Assembly: GCF_009914755.1 (NCBI RefSeq)
Contig: NC_060936.1
Length of the DNA: 64,000 bases
Direction: 5' to 3' (one strand)
From: the human T2T-CHM13v2.0 reference genome, Homo sapiens
Numbering within the stretch: the stretch's first letter is position 1; each line of letters starts with the position of its first letter. Shown here one piece after another: positions 60,308-64,000 of the stretch. The notes beneath the pieces were generated by a model. The model did not search any database. It worked only from the letters and a program-made list of their open reading frames with translations, and was not told the origin of the DNA. A program made the position numbers and the translations under genes.

Positions 60308-61254
60308 TCACAATGGGAAAGGCACATGTGAGCAAGGATCAGCAATAAGGAGTTACCTATGTGGCTGTTTCTTTGTGGGCATTGCGATTCAATAGACACA
60401 CAACACACATTTATGGGCTTAGAAGCTGTATTCACTATGACTCACGCAGTATTTGGGAGAGAGTGAAAGAAAATAATTGATGCTTCCATGAAATTGGGCA
60501 ACAGAGAATTTTTTTTTAAAGATGGGATCTGGCTATGTTGCCCCGGCTAGAATACAGTGGCTGTTCACAGGTGTGATCACAGTACACTACAGTCTCAAAT
60601 TCCTGGGTTGAAGTGATCCTCCTGACTCAGCTTCCCAAGTAGCTGGGAGTACAAGTGCATGTTACTGTGCCCAGCTCAACAGAGACTTTTAAAAAAATAG
60701 TTGTTTAAAAGTTTTTTTTCCCAGTCTGATTCCTAAGAAGTAATTCTTGAAGTTATATCTGAAAATGACAACTTGTCACAGAAGGAATTTGTATGAGGAC
60801 AGAGGAACAAAACATGATTTTAGTTTGAGTCTCTTCTAAGAGGAAAGAGGCTTTTACATTTAGTATTTCCATCTAATTTTAAGATCTAACTTTTTCAAAG
60901 TTTTCCAACCCATTCCCTCTATTGTTTCCTAAAACACATAAAAAAGAGAAAAGTCTTAATACTTCAACTAGGGCATGGATTATTATTTGGAAATTTGTAT
61001 ATTTGAAAATTCACGCTTTAGAAGTGCTTCTGGATTGAAAGTTTAAAAATCATACAAATTAAGAGGAACAGATTCAATGAGAACTATGGGGAAACTATCC
61101 AAATCCTTTGGGAAATAAAAGTTCCAAGACCTAAATACACTAGATTTGCTTATTTCTGACTTAAAAATAATCTTAAAATATTTCCTTTCTTATATCAGGA
61201 AGGCAGATTTCTACCTCATCTTAGTTGAAAACAGATATTTCTTTTTTGGGGAGG

Positions 61255-62612
61255 ATTATTTTTTAAAAATATCAATTGACACATAATAACTGTACATATT
61301 CATGGGGCACAATGTGATGTTTCAATATATGTATACATTGTGTAATGACAAATAGGGGTAATTATCATACCTGGAACCTTAAACAGTTATGATTTCTTTG
61401 TTTTCAGAAATTCAAAATCCTCTTCTAGCTATTTTCAAGTATACAGTACAGCATTGTTAGCTACAGTCACCCTACTGTGCAATTGGGCACCAGAACTTAT
61501 TTTTCCTACCTAATTGTAAGTTTGTTACCATTGAGCAACGTCTCCCTATTCCCCTCCTCCTCATCTACCCTTTCCTGGCTTTGATAACCACTGTTCTATT
61601 CTCTACTTGTATGAGATCAACTTTTTAGATTCCATGTATGAGTGAAATCATGTGGTATTTGTCTTTCTGTGTCTGGCCTATTTCACTTAACATAATGTCT
61701 TCCAGGCTCATCTATGTTGTCACAAATAACAGAATTTCATTCTTTTTCTTTCCCTGAATAGTATTTTATTGTGTACATATACCACATTTTCTTTACGCAT
61801 TCATCTGTTGATGGACACAATTTTAAATAAACACTTAGCTTGGATCCACATCTTGGCCATTGTGAATAGTGCTAGAGTAAACATGGAGGTGCAGATATCA
61901 ACATACTGATTTCATTTCCTTTGGATATATACCCAATAGTGGGATTGCTGGATAATATAGTAATTCTCTTTCTAATTTTTTGAGAAGCCGCCATACTGTT
62001 TCCATCATTGCTCTACTAATTTATATTCCCACCAACAATGTACAAGGGTTCTCTTTTCTCCACATTCTCACCAACATTTGTTATCTTTTGTCTTTTTGAT
62101 AATAGCCATTCTAAATGGAGTAAGATGTGGTTTTTGCTTTGCATTTCCCTAGTGATTCACTTTGGGTTTGCTTTGCATTTCCCTACTGATTAATGATATT
62201 GAGCATTTTTTCATATACTTTTTGGCCATTTGTAAGTCTTCTTTTGATAAATGTCTATTCTGGTCATTTGCCCATTTTAAAGTTGATTATTTGTCAACTC
62301 AAAATGGATTAAAGACTTAAATATAAGACCTGAAACCACTAGAAGAAAACGCTGGAGAAACACGTCATGACATTGGACTGGGAAAGAATTTTTTGGATAT
62401 GACTCCAAAAGCACAGGCAACAAAAGCAAAAATAGACACATGGGATTACATCAAACTAAAAGCCTTCTGCACAGCAAAGGAAACAACAGCAAAGGAGACA
62501 TCTTAGAGAATGGGAGAAAATATTTGCAAGCTATACATCTGACAAGGATTAATATCCAGAATTTATAAGGGACCCAAACATTGCAATAGCAAAACAACAA
62601 ATAATCCTATTT
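61255..62612 (-). mobile_element. L1 (L1MA-like) with inverted 5' segment (~62295-62612 on +)
   Basis: Antisense L1 3' end at 61255-62293 abuts a sense ORF2 segment. Confidence 0.85.
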
Positions 62613-63044
62613 TTATTACTTTTTAAGAGAAATTTCCTTGAGAACAAACACCTGTGAATGATACTAACCATCAACTATGGGATTAGAGAACGTAAGACTG
62701 CAGAGAGTATTAAATTGAATATAATGGCTTACCTCTTACAGTAACAGATGCTTCCTAATTGTATATTTAATTAGGGAAGTGATGCATTACTGTATATTAG
62801 TGAAAATTAAGCCCCAGGGCAAAATTCAGGGTTCGGGATGGGGTATGGGTAAGCCTAGGGAGGCAAAATTGAAGAGCAGAACCTCATCTGGCCAGAGCAA
62901 ATCCTTCACTTCACCAAAAACTGTATGTCTTGGAATCTTTGAAGTGGGAGTTATTCATACCAACATAACAACAACAACAAACCCACTGAAAAGTCAAAGC
63001 AATATACTTATGGCTTTGTAAAATCCAGTCCTGTGGACACATTA

Positions 63045-63375
<331 letters not shown>

Positions 63376-63377
<2 letters not shown>

Positions 63378-64000
63378 CTTCCTCTCAAGCTTGGCAAGCT
63401 TGGCGTTTGGTCGATGGGGACCCATGGGGGTTCAACATGTGTATCAAGAAGTGTTATTTCTGTCTGGGGCCCATCCACCCTGGCCATGGCAAGATGTTCA
63501 TCCGCAATGATTGCAAGGTGTTCAGATTTTGTAAATCTAAATGTCATTAAAAACTTTAAAAAGAAGTGCGATCCTCACAAAGTTAGGTGGACCAAAGCAT
63601 TCTGGAAAGCAGCTGGTAAAGAGCTTACAGTGGATAATTCATTTGAATTTGAAAACCGTAGAAATGAACCTATCAAATACCAGTGAGAGCTATGGAATAA
63701 AACTACTGATGCAATGAAGAGAATTGAAGAGATCAAACAGAAACACGAAGCTTAATGAACAGATTGAAGAAAAATAAAGAGCTACAGAAAGTTCAGGATA
63801 TCAAAGAAGTCAAGCAAAACATCCATCTTATCCGAGCCCCTCTTGCAGGCAAAGGGAAGCAGTTGGAAGAGAAAATGGCACAGCAGCTACAAGAGGATGT
63901 GGACATGGAAGATGCTTCTTAAAAATCTCTGTAACCATTTCTTTTATGAACATTTGAAAATGCCCTTTGGAGACTTGAAACTGCTAAATTATTAGTTTAT
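63376..64000 (+). pseudogene. RSL24D1P: Processed pseudogene of RSL24D1 (RLP24-like ribosome biogenesis protein); CDS remnant 63437-63922; continues past the window edge
   Basis: Intronless; [37 protein letters not shown] ... KVRWTKAF ... [12 protein letters not shown]. Lesions: +1 frameshift near 63547, premature TGA at 63684-63686, and a ~7-nt deletion near 63753. Confidence 0.93.

Noticed and set aside
62829-62849. Intronic G4 motif
   Set aside because: Common motif with no associated feature.

Overview
Mammalian (human-like, Alu-rich) genomic DNA, recognised from its encoded peptides as the tail-to-tail junction of APAF1 (+ strand) and ANKS1B/AIDA-1 (- strand); in human this is 12q23.1. 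APAF1 contributes its last coding exon (1365-1511) and a ~2.9 kb 3'UTR. ANKS1B contributes six 3' exons, all joined in phase 0: a 12-nt microexon (ANCQ), three PTB-domain/C-terminal exons, and two alternative terminal exons. The proximal terminal exon ends in the PDZ ligand ETTIF and sits in a CpG island. The distal one ends in ALRKF, and its 3'UTR overlaps the APAF1 3'UTR in antisense. The rest is intron filled with Alu, L1, L2, MIR and LTR remnants, including nested insertions, an inverted L1, and a processed RSL24D1 pseudogene at the right edge. Almost all ORF-track entries are spurious. I see no convincing wholly new biological system. The best hypothesis is regulatory: ANKS1B last-exon choice both swaps the PDZ ligand and creates or removes antisense overlap with APAF1. 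Repeat boundaries and subfamily names were called by eye and are approximate.
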